A DNA stretch of 64,000 nucleotides, from contig MU054187.1 of the NCBI GenBank assembly GCA_013239625.1, positions 2,365,757 through 2,429,756 of the forward strand. The letters are read 5' to 3'. Source of the stretch: Lama guanicoe (Eukaryota). Position numbers and translations under genes: made by a program. The notes under the pieces were generated by a model, which saw nothing but the letters and a program-made list of their open reading frames with translations, was not told the origin of the DNA and did not search any database. This document shows, one piece after another, positions 63,290-64,000 of the stretch (position 1 is its first letter; every line of letters starts with the position of its first letter).

Positions 63290-64000
63290 ACAAATTCTGT
63301 GCAATTTCAAGGTCTACAGACAGTTATGTACAATCTGGCAAGCTGACTTGGCGGGGGTGGACAGCTCTCCATTTGGGAAAAGGTACACATAAACAAATGT
63401 AAATTCCAAACGGCTTAAAGATCTAAAAAAATTGTAAGAATAATGGAAGAAAATGTAGGCAATCTTTTTGTAACTTCAGGTGGAAACAGCCTTCCTAAGA
63501 AAACGTGAAGTCCAGAAGCCACACAAGAAACACTGATAGATTAGCCTACGTAAAAAGTTTCCTTCTGTAGCACAGAAGACAACATAAAAAGCATGAAACA
63601 CAAATACTGCGCTGTAAAACGTGCTAACGACCACTATGCAGAAGGCATCAGGAGTGTCGATGAATTAGTCAGGCAGCTCTACAGACAGAAAAGGAAAGAA
63701 ACAACACAAACTGCCAACACCAACCGGCTGGAAAGCAAGAAAACACGAGCGTCACAAATGAGAGAAGACAATCGCGTGACACAGTGAAGCAATGAGATGC
63801 CCGTGGTTACCGGTTCCCCCTAGACCGGCCAAAGGCAGGACGGTAGGTAACACTCAGGACTGACAGGGGGTCAGGGAATGGGCGTCCCCGCCCTGCTGGC
63901 AGCTGGGTGAACTGGGCCGACTTTTTCGGAAGCAGTCCGGTGATAACCATCATTCTGAATGCACGTACCCACTCGCTGAGCAGTCACACGTCCAAGAATC
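63290..64000 (+). mobile_element. Very old L1 (L1ME-like) ORF2-end relic
   Basis: aaattccaaacggcttaaagatctaaa...gaagaaaatgtagg...aaagtttccttctgtagc. Confidence 0.65.

Overview
Mammalian genomic DNA, very probably a camelid, judged from many tRNA-Ala-like Vic-1-type SINEs. The window holds two head-to-head genes. (1) The 5' part of ATP6V1H (V-ATPase V1 subunit H, minus strand): a CpG-island promoter with tandem CLEAR/E-boxes at ~20.5 kb and coding exons 2-7 (18944-19056 down to 6495-6548); the rest of the gene lies left of the window. (2) A complete RGS20 gene (RGSZ1/Ret-RGS, plus strand): Ret-type exons 22140-22304 and 35113-35412, an alternative RGSZ1-type first exon 36706-36774, and shared exons 54401-54540, 56837-56923, 59900-60134 and 61326-61514, giving predicted 371-aa and 239-aa isoforms. 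The remainder is intron with L1, L2, MIR, MLT, MER and SINE relics. I found no new multi-gene system. The most interesting observations are: an apparently pseudogenised third 5' coding exon of RGS20 at 44643-44867, not in the ORF track; a 474-bp polyadenylated retro-insertion with a perfect 14-bp target-site duplication, landing just after the RGS20 polyA signal; focal A/T->G/C 'GC peaks' that turned an L1 3'UTR into a CpG island and rewrote the RGS20 cysteine-string exon; a minisatellite built from the exon-5 splice donor; and a templated insertion inside an L1. Comparisons with human, bovine and repeat consensus sequences are from memory and need checking by alignment.
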